Part shown: in pieces, positions 40,248 to 57,461 of the stretch
How positions within the stretch are numbered: position 1 is the stretch's first letter
Layout: each line of letters opens with the position of its first letter
NCBI GenBank assembly: GCA_964016885.1
Contig: OZ024742.1
Span: 228,718,001-228,782,000, forward strand
DNA length: 64,000 bases
Source of the DNA: Eledone cirrhosa
Lineage: Eukaryota
Direction of reading: 5' to 3'
Notes under the pieces: generated by a model
Told to the model about the DNA's origin: nothing
Databases searched by the model: none
The model's input: the letters and a program-made list of their open reading frames with translations, nothing else
Position numbers and translations under genes: made by a program

Positions 40248-40872
40248 TAAACGGAAAAAATGAAACGAAATTTCATTTCTCACTCTTAGTACGGCTGTTA
40301 CTTAAATATAAGTATGTTTACGTACATACATATATGTATACAGACGTACAGTAGTATGTATATATATACATACATGCACACATATATATATATGTACGTA
40401 TGGCTTTACCGAACATTTATTATAATGCTCGGTGTGTTTTGTAAACAAACATCCCGAATTAAGCCGTACAGTGTTTAGCAACCCTCGTTGCCCTTTTGTT
40501 CAACACTGACAAAGGAACGATGTACTAGTTTCAAGCCTATTAGCTATCGTCAGCACTGTATACCTTCCTGCCAGATGATTGAACGTCTGAATGTATATAC
40601 TTTCCTTATGCATATTAACGGCTGAGCAGCCTAATTTGCATATCGAGTGAGTTAATCGGCTGGGCATACCGAAAACGTTAAACGGAAAAAATGAAACGAA
40701 ATTTCATTTCTCACTCTTAGTACGGCTGTTACTTAAATATAAGTATGTATATGTACATACATATATGTATACAGACGTACAGTAGTATGTATATACATAC
40801 ATGCACACATATATATATGCGCCCGTCCGATTAACTCACTCGATATGCAAATTAGGCTGCTCAGCCGTTAAT
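40248..40872 (-). mobile_element. 431-bp HHR-bearing unit in partial tandem (1.3 copies) plus a 52-nt inverted piece; retrozyme/mini-PLE-like
   Basis: 40248-40390 repeats at 40679-40819, and 40821-40872 is the reverse complement of 40613-40665. No ORF. Confidence 0.8.
40517..40559 (-). ncRNA. Minimal type I hammerhead ribozyme
   Basis: acagtg CTGACGA t agct aata ggct t GAAA ctag TA catcgt. Confidence 0.78.
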
Positions 40873-40912
40873 TAATATTATAAATATTATTAATATTATT
40901 CAAAATATTAAT

Positions 40913-41007
<95 letters not shown>

Positions 41008-41025
41008 TATATATACGTAAACACT

Positions 41026-41056
<31 letters not shown>

Positions 41057-41459
41057 ATATATATATATATATATATTTCAATCATAGATGAGCGATGTAT
41101 ATATGAATGTAAAATTCTTATAGAATTCCAGGCTGGAATGGTATTCAAAATGTTTTTAATTAAACATACACTATATTATCAAATATACTATACATATATT
41201 CATTTATACATCGCTATTTAAGATCACCAATACTAGTAACTAATTTTTAATGTACCGGCAACCGCTCTTAAACATTACTGGGATTCTCTAAGAATCCAGC
41301 TTCTCTAATTCTCGGCAGAAGCGAAAGGGTAAATAATCTTGATAACTGCCACAGAGCGAGAAACAGGACTGTCGAGTATTCCCTTTGTTTTTGCCGAGAA
41401 TAAGTAAGTGACATAATCACCACTTTAAAATTTATAGGGAATGTACATATACACACTCG

Positions 41460-41563
<104 letters not shown>

Positions 41564-41567
41564 TAAA

Positions 41568-41568
<1 letters not shown>

Positions 41569-41648
<80 letters not shown>
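41569..41648. repeat. (ATCT)n microsatellite at the LINE 5' flank
   Basis: Direct reading. Confidence 0.95.
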
Positions 41649-41866
41649 CTCTTTCTGTCTAACGTGTGGAATATCGCCGGTAAGTTTTTTGTTAATTTCT
41701 ATGCAAAAAACCGATCTAATTGTTTGAAAAAAATACAACACTTTGTAGATTAACCCCCCAAGCTGAATTGTCAGCTGGGTGGTAATCCCATTTTTCGCCC
41801 CTGTAGGGGCGAAAATTTTATTTAAAAGTTTGTTTTAAAATATCAAATTTTACAAAGTAAAAAAAC

Positions 41867-43738
41867 TTGAGCAACACTAGAACGCTGGAGAACGTTAATA
41901 GAGAAAGAAGAGAGAAAGAGGCAGATATTAACGTTATATCTGCTTCTGCTGCTATGGACGTTGCCATAGATACTGTCACAAAAGAAAAAAATATATCAAC
42001 ATTTGAAAATGTTACAATTTCTACCGCCGAAGCGGAGAAAAATGACAATAACACACGGGAAAACACGGCAAAAAAACCCATTGACATACATACACATGAA
42101 AAAGACATCAACAACTCTACAGATACATATACACATAAAATTTCCAACAACGATAACATCATTATTAACAACAACATCACACAAAAAAAGAAAATGTCTT
42201 TCGCTGACACAGTCAACAAGAAACAAGATTTTATAAATCTTGATATCTCCAACGCAAGAGATATGCTCCAGCAAGGGAGAAAATTTGTAACTTTCGAAGA
42301 AAGAGGTGGGTTTAGAATTAACTCACCCCTTGAAATAAAGGAAGACACAAACCGCCGATCAGTCACTTTTAGGACTGTGTCAAATTCGTCAAGAAAACCG
42401 ACATTTGTTAATCAGTCAGATATAGAAGATTCTTTCAAGGAGATTCTAGGAAATGTCAATTTTCTCCAGCGAGGAAAACAGTACGGAAGTGTTTCCGTAC
42501 TGTTTAAAAGCGAGGCACTGGCCCCAAAAAACTCTGTGACACCAATAGTGTCAAAAGCATACACCTTTTTCCCTACATACATGGGGAAAAGGACACAAAA
42601 AATAAAAATAAAAAACATACCTCCAAGCATTAACATCTGGTGGATCTTGGCTGGCTTCGTAGAGCCAGAAACAGACATAATACTTTCGATACGAAAATCC
42701 ATTCGACAAAGGTGGGCGGGCACCGATTTGGAGATTCTGTTGCAAATGAAACCGGAGAGAATCTCCAAAATACCCGAAAGAGTCGTTATTGATAATAACA
42801 ACAAAATAAACATTTCGGTAGAAGGAAGAAAATTTCACTGCTTTCGCTGTGGTAGAACATCTCACCTAAAAGCCTCTTGTCCACAAACACACAACAGCAA
42901 CATCATAAAAAAAACGCTATTACCAACACCAAAACAACCACCACCACCACCACAAGTACAACGACAGACGAAACGAGCAACCACACCAAAACAAACAGAC
43001 ACTCAACCAACAACAACAGAAAAAACAGAGACAACACCCCTGAAGAACACATCCCCACTCCATCCCACTCCATCAAACACTACCACAAACACACATACCG
43101 AAACACCACCACCACCACACAACATACCCTTACCCAACACACCTGACGATGATTATTCATCGACGGATGAAGCTGCTTCTCCTTCTTTAAGTGAAGAAGA
43201 GGGAGAACCGCGGAAATCAAAAAAACAAAAAAAGAGACACCACAAAACCCCCAAAACTCCAATCACCAACACCAACACACAACCACAGACACAAACAACA
43301 ACACAAACAACACCACAGTCAAACATCCCCCTATCAGCAAAACCAGCACCAACACCACCCCAAACACAAGCACCCACCATAAAAAGAAAACTCCCGGATG
43401 AACAACAAACTAAAACACTACAACAAAAACACAAACAACAATACGCATACATCAACACAAACAACAAGAGTTTGATGGAGGTCATCTCCCAAAACCCCAA
43501 GGTGGAGACGGAGGGCAAAACTTTCGTCAAGGCAGAATCGTCTCCACACCTTAAACTTATAAGGGTTTCTATGGAAACCTATAAAGACCTGAAAATTAAA
43601 TTTTCACAGGACGTGGGCAACCCCTGCCACAAACCCATCAACCGCGTCCTGTTGAAAGGTTTCCCCACCCCACCCAACACCCCATCCAGCACCCAAATGG
43701 AGATTGAACAACCCGATCTCCAGGAAACGAAAAGGTAA
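41867..43738 (+). CDS. LINE ORF1p (gag-like, CCHC zinc knuckle, T/P/Q-rich tail); first in-frame ATG at 41954
   Basis: 623 open codons, CFRCGRTSHLKASC knuckle, MSFADTV motif, and position 41 nt upstream of ORF2. Confidence 0.85.
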   Translation: MSNTRTLENVNRERREKEADINVISASAAMDVAIDTVTKEKNISTFENVTISTAEAEKNDNNTRENTAKKPIDIHTHEKDINNSTDTYTHKISNNDNIIINNNITQKKKMSFADTVNKKQDFINLDISNARDMLQQGRKFVTFEERGGFRINSPLEIKEDTNRRSVTFRTVSNSSRKPTFVNQSDIEDSFKEILGNVNFLQRGKQYGSVSVLFKSEALAPKNSVTPIVSKAYTFFPTYMGKRTQKIKIKNIPPSINIWWILAGFVEPETDIILSIRKSIRQRWAGTDLEILLQMKPERISKIPERVVIDNNNKINISVEGRKFHCFRCGRTSHLKASCPQTHNSNIIKKTLLPTPKQPPPPPQVQRQTKRATTPKQTDTQPTTTEKTETTPLKNTSPLHPTPSNTTTNTHTETPPPPHNIPLPNTPDDDYSSTDEAASPSLSEEEGEPRKSKKQKKRHHKTPKTPITNTNTQPQTQTTTQTTPQSNIPLSAKPAPTPPQTQAPTIKRKLPDEQQTKTLQQKHKQQYAYINTNNKSLMEVISQNPKVETEGKTFVKAESSPHLKLIRVSMETYKDLKIKFSQDVGNPCHKPINRVLLKGFPTPPNTPSSTQMEIEQPDLQETKR

Positions 43739-43779
43739 GTGCACCTTTCGTCCTTTTTCTCCAACTTTTCTTCACCAAC

Positions 43780-46700
43780 ATGGCTGGTTTACGAGTTGGA
43801 ACCGTGAATGTGCGTGGCCTAGGGATGCCCTGGAAACAGGGCCAACTTTTAAACGACCTTAGGTCACACAGTATGGATGTGATAGCCATCACCGAGTCCA
43901 GAATCCACAACAGGCAGCAACTAACCCCCATCTTCGACGACTTTGAGATCTACGCATCTCTCTGTCAGCCAGGAGGTGGAGGTGGAGTGGCTGTTATGTT
44001 TCGGAAGAACCTGGACGTCGGAGTACAGCAAGTACACTTGGACCCGGAGGGTAGACTGGTAGTCCTAGACGTGAACAGTATCGGAGGTGGAGCCTTCAGA
44101 CTGGTGGCCGTTTATGCCCCGACCGGGCAATCGCAATCACGGCCAGACTTCTTTAAGCGTCTAGAGTCTTTTCTGGGAACGTCTCGCTCCTTACTTTTAG
44201 TGGGGGACTGGAATGGTATCCTAGATGCACGATGGGACTATGTGGGAGCATGTCCCAGTAGAGCGGGGTACAACAGCCTCAAAACTTGAATCGGCCAATT
44301 CCAACTGGCCGATAGGTATCGACTGGATTTCCCGACTGCACCACAGTGGACGTGGGTAAACCGCAGTGGGACATCTAGATCGTATTTAGATAGGTTCTTC
44401 ATTAGAGAAAGGGACAAGGATATGTTAAGCTGTCCACGAATGCACATGGTTGCCTATTCAGATCACAAGTTAGTCGTCTGCTTAGTCAACTGTGATAGAA
44501 TACATAGACAGGGTCCCGGATACTGGAAGCTGAACGTGTCGTTGCCGGCACGTAAAGCTTACAGTGAACGGATAAGTAAACTAGTCAAGCAACAGTTAAC
44601 GGGAGCCATCGTCAACAATAGATGGTGGTACTCTCTCAAGAAAGCAATTAGAATAGAATCGATAGGGTATAGCAGAGAGTTAGCCTTAGAGAAAAACAGA
44701 ATAGAAAGAGAACTAGTAGCCAAGGTAGAGGAGGCACTTAGAAGTGGCAACGCGGCTAGAGTGTTAGCGTCGAGAACGGCACTGGACCAGTTCTTCGATG
44801 CGAAACACGAAGGCTGCGTGGTCAGAAGCAAAACACGTGCTCTAGGAAACGAAGGAGCGAAAGCTGTCAGCTGGGCCCGAGTGGCGGAGGCAAAAAGTGG
44901 CAACAAGTCCACGATTCGGTCTTTGAAAGACCAAAACGGACGCGTGCTACTTGACCCCAAGCAAATGTGCGCGGCCTTTCAGCGGCACTTTGCGCGACTG
45001 TTTGAGCAGAACGACGGTGAGCCGAACGGGGCAATGGACTTTAGTTCATACCTCGACGGCCTGCCGCATCTCTCGAACACGGACGCCGAGTTCTGCGAAA
45101 GACCGATCACGGACACTGAGATACGGGACGCTCTGGGCCGCTGCGGGAAACGCAAGTCACCCGGTCTAGATGGTCTACCCTACGAATTTTACATAGGCAT
45201 GCCGGACTTGTTCTCTGGCGTCCTCGAAGCCGTCTACTGCAATTGGCAGCAGAACGGGAGAATTCCTAGTTCTGCAGGCAAGGGCGTAGTAACGCTGATC
45301 AGGAAAGACGAGAACAAGGGGGACGAAATTAACAACTTCAGGCCCATAACTCTGCTCAACACAGAGTTAAAGATTTTGGCCAAGGTGCTAGCGACGAGGT
45401 TGGCGCTTGTCGTCGAGAACCTGGTAGGGAAAGCGCAAACGTGTGCAATCCCGACCAGGTCCATACACGACAACCTCCACCTCATGCGATACATCATAGA
45501 GAGGGTGGGTAGTAAACCCGGCTTCGGTGGGGCTCTGATCAACTTGGATCAGTCTAAGGCATTCGATAGGGTCGACCATCGATACTTGGAAGCGGTTCTC
45601 AAGGCGGCCGGTTTCGGTCCCGTGTTCAGAGGCTGGATCGAGGCGATGCACACCAGCATCTGCTCGAGGGTCAAGGTGAACGGCTACCTATCGGAGCCGT
45701 TCGCAATCACGCGTTCCATTCGACAGGGATGCCCTCTCTCCTCCATTCTGTATGTATTGACTCTAGAGCCACTACTGCGGCAACATACTGAAAGAATACG
45801 AAACGCTGATGGGAGCAAAACTAAACCCAGACAAGTCTGTCGGTTTGCAACTCGGTACGTGGAGAGGCAAACCGATGACATCCGACAGCGTCGTTGGACG
45901 CTGGACGGACGGACCGGTGAAATTGCTCGGGGTCTGGTTCGGTCCAGACCTCCAGGTGGAGAAAAACTGGAACGAGGTCACGGCCAAGGTGTTTGCACTC
46001 ACTCAGAAGTGGGCAGAGTGCAAACTGTCCTTGAAAGGTCGAGCGGAGCTGGCGAACACTTTCATAGCGTCCGTCATCTACTACCGCTTGACTGTCGTGC
46101 CTTGTCCCCGTGAACACCTCGCCAAGATGGAACGCATACTCTTCCAGTTTCTGTGGAAGAAGCAGGCTCCGCTGGTGAGGAGATCCGTCTGTTGTCAGCA
46201 CCCTTCCAACGGAGGGCTGGGAATGCCGTGGCTGATGATGCGCAAACATGCGCTGAGGCTGCGCCATCTCCAGGTATTCCTCACCGACCCGCAACCGGTG
46301 TGGGCACCGTTTGTGAGACAGGCTTTCCCACAGCTCGTCTCGCTAACGGAGCTGCAGTCCTGGGTGAAGAAAAGACCGAAAACGATGGGCGCCTGGCACA
46401 TTGAATGCACTCAGGCGCTCACAGTCCTCTGGCAAGCGGGCGCAGCAATCAGTGGAGACTCCACTTCGACATTCTATAGAGGGATTGTACGTTACAAGGG
46501 CGACGACGTGCTCGGAGAGACTCTGGGCGTCGAAGACGATGAGCTCACCAGTATGTTTGGTAGGACTTTCCGCCCGGGACCTATGGACAACTTCCAGAGG
46601 TCCCTGGCCTGGCAGTGCTACCGAGGAGCTCTACCGGTTCGTGACAAGATCTACAGGCACGGACGCCCTGGCAGGGATCCTTCCAAGAGGACGTGTCCAA

Positions 46701-47110
46701 GATGTGCGCAGGACATTGAAACAGTTCTGCACGCAATTGTACACTGCCCGGGCGTAAGCGACCTGTGGAACTATGCAGAGCAACTGCTGTCGCGTATGGG
46801 ACAAATACAGTTGACTGCCGAGTCCATAGTAAGGATCAAACCTCCAGACTCTTTCAAAAACGAAAGAGAGGCGGTTTTCCTCTGTCCGGTGGCTATGGTG
46901 AAAGAAGTTATATGGTGGACGAGGTTGAGAGGACTGAGGACAGATGCCTTTCTCTCCGGACAACAATTGATTCCCTTCTTTAAGTATCACTTTAGAAGGA
47001 GAATCAGGGTGGAGAGAGAGGCACTGCACCCCAGTAAATTTACTGAAAGGTGGGTGAATGAAGCGAAAATGGCCCGAGTGATTGGGCCTTCTCTGTTTAT
47101 AAGCCTGTAG
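43780..47110 (+). pseudogene. LINE ORF2p (APE endonuclease, reverse transcriptase, CCHC finger), disabled
   Basis: NVRGL, ITES, VYAP, GDWN, LDRF, SDH, PGLDG, RPITLLN, DQSKAFDRVDH, RQGCPLS and CPRC..H..C. One in-frame TGA at 44287 and a frameshifting deletion at ~45780 removing YADD. Confidence 0.93.
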
Positions 47111-47343
47111 GTTGAGGAAGAGAGCAAAAGGAAGAAAGGAGCACTTGCACAACACGCTCCTCGAGTTGAGGGTTGTTCTATCGACGGGGTATTAAACAGC
47201 CCATTTGTGGCGCCTCCCCCCTATTGGGGATTTCGATTGTTGAAATTGTTTGTTTTTATATTTTTTACACGACTGTATGTAAAATCCTCGGCATGTCTTT
47301 GTATTGTCCCCTTTCTTGTTGCGCCCTTGTGGCTAATAAAGAA

Positions 47344-47415
<72 letters not shown>
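47344..47415. repeat. (ATCT)n microsatellite between tandem LINE copies
   Basis: Direct reading. Confidence 0.95.
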
Positions 47416-48780
47416 GACGGCCAAGGTGTTTGCACTCACCCAGAAGTGGGCCGAGTGCAAACTATCCTTGAAAGGTCGAGCGGAGGTGGCGAACACTTTT
47501 ATAGCGTCCGCCATCTACTACCGCTTGACCGTCGTGCCTTGTCCAGCCAAAACGCTCGCCAAAATGGAGCGCGCCCTCTTCCGATTCCTTTGGAAGAGGC
47601 GGGCTCCTTTGGTAAGAAGATCCATCTGCTGCCAACACCCTTCTAACGGAGGGCTGGGGATGCCGTGGTTGACGATGCGCAAACACGCGCTCAGGCTGCG
47701 GCATCTCTACGTATTCCTCACCGGACAACCGGTGTGGGCCCCGTTCGTGAGGCGAGCCTTCCCACGACTCGTCTCGCTGACCGAGCTGCAGTCCTGGGTC
47801 AAGCAGAGACCGAGGAAAATGGGCGACTGGCACATCGAATGTGCTCAGGCGCTCACAGCCCTCTGGCAGGCGGACCCGGCGATCAGTGGAGACTCCACTT
47901 CGTCATTCTATAGAGGGTTGGTCCGCAGCAAGTGCGACGACGCGCTCGGTGAAACTCTAGGCGTGGAGGAAGATGAACTGGCCAGTCTGTTCGGTAGGAC
48001 CTTCCGCCCGGGACCGATGGACAACTTCCAAAAGTCCCTGGCCTGGCAGTGCTACCGAGGAGCTCTACCAGTTCGAGACAAGCTCTACAGACATGGGCGC
48101 CCGGGCAGGGACCCTGCAAAAAAGATCTGTCCGAGGTGCGTGCGAGACGAAGAAACCGTCGCGCACGCATTCATACACTGCCCGGGCGTCACTGACCTGT
48201 GGGGCTATGTAGAACGACTATTGTCGCGGGTGGGACCAATCCAGTTGACCACCGAGTCCATTGTCATGATCAAACCGCCACCCTCCTTCAAAAACGAAGG
48301 AGAGGCGGTTTTCCTTTGTGTGATAGCTATGGCGAAAGAGGTTGTATGGTGGACAAGGTTGAAAGGGCTGAGGTCAGACACCTTTCTCTCCGGCCAACAA
48401 CTGATTCTTTTTTTCAAATACCACTTTGGAAGAAGAATCAGGATGGAGAGAGAGGTGCTGTACCCCAGCAAGTTTTATGAAAGGTGGGTGAAAGTGGCGA
48501 GAATGGCCCGAGTGAATGGGCCTTCTCTCTATATCAGCCTGTAGGTTGAGGAAAAGGAGGAGGAGAGGAAAGGAGTACAAGCTCTTCGTACTCCTGGAGA
48601 TGAGGGTTGCACATTTTTTTCGGGGGTCTGTGTTACCCATATAAACTGTCTCCCTCTATTGGGGAAAATCGACTAACTTTTAAATTCCATCTGTGATAAC
48701 ATTTTACACGTTTTTATTGTATGTAAACTTCCCCCTTTGTATTTGTCCCCTTCTTTTGTGCCCCTGTGGCTAATAAAGAA
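47416..48780 (+). mobile_element. 5'-truncated Tx1/L1-clade LINE in tandem; open ORF2 C-terminus to 48544
   Basis: TAKVFALTQKW...CPRCVRDEETVAHAFIHC...YISL*. Followed by ATATATCTATCTATCTATCT. Confidence 0.93.
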
Positions 48781-48854
48781 ATATATCTATCTATCTATCT
48801 ATATATATATATATATATATGTGTGTCTGTGTGTGTGTGTATAAATACACACAC

Positions 48855-48888
<34 letters not shown>

Positions 48889-48946
48889 TTTCTGAATTTG
48901 TTTAGCAAGATTCTTTATCTGAAATCGTGTGTTGAAACCAAAGTAT

Positions 48947-49020
<74 letters not shown>

Positions 49021-49051
49021 CTGTGTGTATGTGTGTATAAATACACACACA

Positions 49052-49098
<47 letters not shown>

Positions 49099-49439
49099 TC
49101 AAATATACTCTTGTGTGTGTATGTGCGTGGACCTATGTATTTATACACACACATGTATTCCGAGCTTCATATTGTAGCATTTATTTGTATTCATGTAGTT
49201 AACCTATTTTCCACATTCGAATCAATATTAGATTCTTTACCTAGCATTGTCTTCTATGACAATCTACTGCAGTTAGTTATAACTTTATTCCTTTGGTGAC
49301 ATTACAGTAACTAATAGAAAATATTATATGTCGTGGAGAGAAAAGCGGCAAAACGTTAACATTAATTTATGCCAACACCCACATGCATACATACACACAC
49401 GGACACACAGACAAGCATAATACCCATACACACACACAC

Positions 49440-49509
<70 letters not shown>

Positions 49510-49703
49510 AACACATTCCCTCTCTCCCCATTTCCCCCTACCCCCTTCTCTCTCTTTCTCACTTACACACACGTTTTGTTTCTTTTTTTTTTGTATCCGC
49601 GCTCGATCGTTACAAAAATGTTCCATTCCTTTGGTAAAAAAATTATATTGAAACATTGAATAACTTGTCCTTGGATTCTTCGCTATATTGTCACACACAC
49701 ACA

Positions 49704-49788
<85 letters not shown>

Positions 49789-49920
49789 ACACACACACAC
49801 ACACACAGAGGCCCGCATATACACACAGAGGCATGAACGCACGCACACACGTATGTGTGTATGTATATGCATGTATCCCTATATATGTATGTATATATAC
49901 ATACACACAAATATATATAA

Positions 49921-49956
<36 letters not shown>

Positions 49957-49992
49957 TTATATACATGTATATACATATATATATATATATAC

Positions 49993-50023
<31 letters not shown>

Positions 50024-50396
50024 CATACACATATATACATATATATATATATATGGACACACAAACCTTCTAGAGGGAAACATCTCTGAAAGAGAAGCGG
50101 CATCATCTTAACAACAACAAAAACAGCAACAATAAACAATAAAAAATATATTAATAATAACAAATCCAAAGAATACATAAATTGGACAATAACAGATATT
50201 GGTAGCATCGTTCCAGAACAATAATTACAACTTCAACAGAGTGTAGGAAAAAAACGCCGCACACAAAGTCTTTGGCGGTTAGATTGACGCATTCATACAA
50301 TGTAGAATATGAAGAGAAATTTAGAGAAAAAAAAAAAAAAAAATGGTGGTATGTTTGATCGGATAGCCCACGTGTACAGAGGTTGTTATATATATT

Positions 50397-50491
<95 letters not shown>

Positions 50492-50532
50492 TTATATCTT
50501 ATATATATATATATATATATATACACTTATAT

Positions 50533-50587
<55 letters not shown>

Positions 50588-50593
50588 TTATAT

Positions 50594-50657
<64 letters not shown>

Positions 50658-50741
50658 GAGAAATTAATGTGAGCAAGAAGCCAACAGTATTTCATAATAT
50701 ATATGGAAAATATGCGACGTTATAGTCAAATATTTTTATAA

Positions 50742-51687
<946 letters not shown>

Positions 51688-51863
51688 AGACAACATATAT
51701 ATGTGTAGGTATGTATATTCCCTCTGATAGTTTGTAAAATTTTTACGTAGATCTATATGATATACATACCAACACACACATATATATCCTAGAAACGATC
51801 GTAAAATGATGAATTTTTTAATATAAGGAACTGTTTCTTTGTTTTTATTCATTATTTTTATTA

Positions 51864-53690
<1,827 letters not shown>

Positions 53691-53925
53691 TGGAGATATA
53701 TGACAACCAGCCAACAAATCCTGTTGTCAAAGAACATGTCTGTAATGTACATACCAGATAACGTAGGACTCTTGCTGGCCAAAAAAGTCACATCCAATGC
53801 CCTAACAATGGTACTTTCTTTTAATGACCTTGAAAGAGTGAAAAGCAAAACTGACCTCAGTGGGATTTGAATACAAAACGGAAAGTTCTAGAACAGATAC
53901 AACAAGGCAAGATAAGCATCAATAG

Positions 53926-53981
<56 letters not shown>

Positions 53982-53983
<2 letters not shown>

Positions 53984-54442
53984 TAGCAGATTTACCCGGG
54001 GTTTGAAATTATGCTAAGAATATACACCTAGGAAGTAAATTGAATGGAAAATTCCATAAGGATTTAGTTTTTATGGGTTTGCTGACACAGGCATGTGACT
54101 TAGAAGAAAATCGATGCCCACTTAAGAGCCTTGTAGTTCAGAGAACAATTTTGTTGCGAGTGACAGCTACAGTGCAAGCTACAGCTGAAAAGTTGTAGGT
54201 CCCAACAGTTTGAATGGAAAGTCCCATAAGGATTTTGTTTTAATTAATTTCTACCTTACACCATGAGCTTTAGAAAACATGATGTTTTTATTGCTCAACG
54301 TGGGTCGATTTGAATCATTTTTGTGATGTGACCATCTTAGCGACAGGTGCAACGTGCACATAAAATTTGGTCAAATTCGGTTGGGAATTGTAAAAGCCTT
54401 AGCTGTCCAAAGTTGTCCACAGACACACACACACATCCTCGG

Positions 54443-54448
<6 letters not shown>
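53982..54448 (-). mobile_element. Non-autonomous Helitron-like element; mirror copy at 58186-58672 (+)
   Basis: Terminal CTAG (53983-53986) next to T. The mirror copy shows the hairpin cccgggcaacgctggg about 10 nt before CAAG-T. (TG)n near the 5' end; inserted in (TA)n. Confidence 0.7.
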
Positions 54449-54472
<24 letters not shown>

Positions 54473-54474
<2 letters not shown>

Positions 54475-54737
54475 GGAACCAGTAAGACCCTGCATGTACA
54501 ACCATGATGAAAAGGAGACAATATGCAGATGCGCTACAGACTGTAGTAGCGGAGCAACAATCAGTTGACTTGACTACTTGACTACGGCTAATTCTGGACT
54601 CCGTCCAGATTAGCCGTCGAAACGGCTTGAGCTCAGCCGTCGGGGTCTTACTGGTTCTTATTACCCACTCTACTACCCTAAGTATTGAGTACTTTGGTGC
54701 GTTATGGTCCACCTGGTTCCTTACCACATTTCCTTCG

Positions 54738-54739
<2 letters not shown>
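54473..54739. mobile_element. Fold-back family D copy 6 with 87 nt of captured local DNA
   Basis: 54491-54577 matches 51970-52056 with one mismatch. Confidence 0.85.
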
Positions 54740-54787
<48 letters not shown>

Positions 54788-55304
54788 GGAGAGGGAGAAA
54801 GAGAGAAATATATATATATATATATGTACGTATGTATATCGATGGTTGACGAATGTGATGAACAAACCAGAATCTCCTTACCCAGTTTATTCACTTCAGC
54901 AGTTATACACCCATGATGCTTGCAGACGAACATTGCCTTGTAAAGCAAAATTAATCCAAATATATGTATTTTTTTTTTTGCTGTCAGTGAGTAATTCGGG
55001 AAATAAGTGAATTCATCAGCCTTCACAGGGTCTCGGATATGCTGGGGGTGGAAAGAATCCGAAAACTGGACAGCTGGTTCGAATACTTACAACGGGGTGG
55101 ATTCTGCTAATGACACCCAAGAAACAGGTGGTGGTGTTGAAAAAGGGTAATGAATATTTTCCCACCACCTAAATACACGGCAGACGGGACTGAACAGGGA
55201 AAGCAAAGGCCTTGAACAAATGCCGCACTATCACACACACAGACACATATATATATATATTACTCTTTTACTCTTTTACTCTTTTACCTATTCCAGCCGT
55301 CCAG

Positions 55305-56645
<1,341 letters not shown>

Positions 56646-57189
56646 AAAATATATATATATATATATAAATATAAATTAGCGAGAATCGTATTTCGGCTTT
56701 GGAATTAGCGAAAAACAACTTCCGAGATGTGTGGCAAGCGCTCAATAATTCTGACGAACCAGAGCTACAACATACGTTAAAGCCCCAAAACACTGAGACG
56801 ATGGTTAAACCGTCATCCGCACAACCATAGAAACGACCAAGTAATTCGGGTCAAACAAATAAAAAAATATGTGAATGAAAAAATTTACGGGAATCTCTGG
56901 ATGGTTGGTAAAATCCACCATTTGGGATTCTGCGACTCATAAATCAAGTACTGTCCGCTTAGACAAATAATGTTAGGTTTCTGGTAAGATGATTGAACAA
57001 GGAGGTCACTTTCTCAACAGGTTTTAGTTCAAGTGCCAGGCAAAGGAATGACCGTTACCGATACCCACGTGGGGCTCGACAAGGGAGGCAACCCTTATTT
57101 TTTGGCGGATGAAATTCAGTATGTGTATATTATTGGAAAATGCAAAATATCACAAAACGAATTAAGCCCTCAACAGAATGGTTATAGGT

Positions 57190-57269
<80 letters not shown>

Positions 57270-57270
57270 C

Positions 57271-57358
<88 letters not shown>

Positions 57359-57373
57359 ATATATCTATATATC

Positions 57374-57461
<88 letters not shown>

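Larger units (their letters stand above)
41649..47343 (+). mobile_element. Near full-length Tx1/L1-clade LINE
   Basis: 5'UTR, ORF1, ORF2 (APE-RT-CCHC) and 3'UTR ending GGCTAATAAAGAA, with (ATCT)n on both sides. Confidence 0.95.

Noticed and set aside
44287-44289. Programmed read-through of the in-frame TGA in LINE ORF2
   Set aside because: A single-base nonsense change is simpler, and this copy also lacks YADD.
47207-47415. N-terminal part of the 445-aa ORF as a fusion protein
   Set aside because: It is chance read-through from the upstream LINE 3'UTR across (ATCT)n into the truncated copy.
54578-54650. Complete HHR with a TTGACTA core in family D copy 6
   Set aside because: The TTGACTAC derives from the captured LINE segment and its stutter, not from the element.
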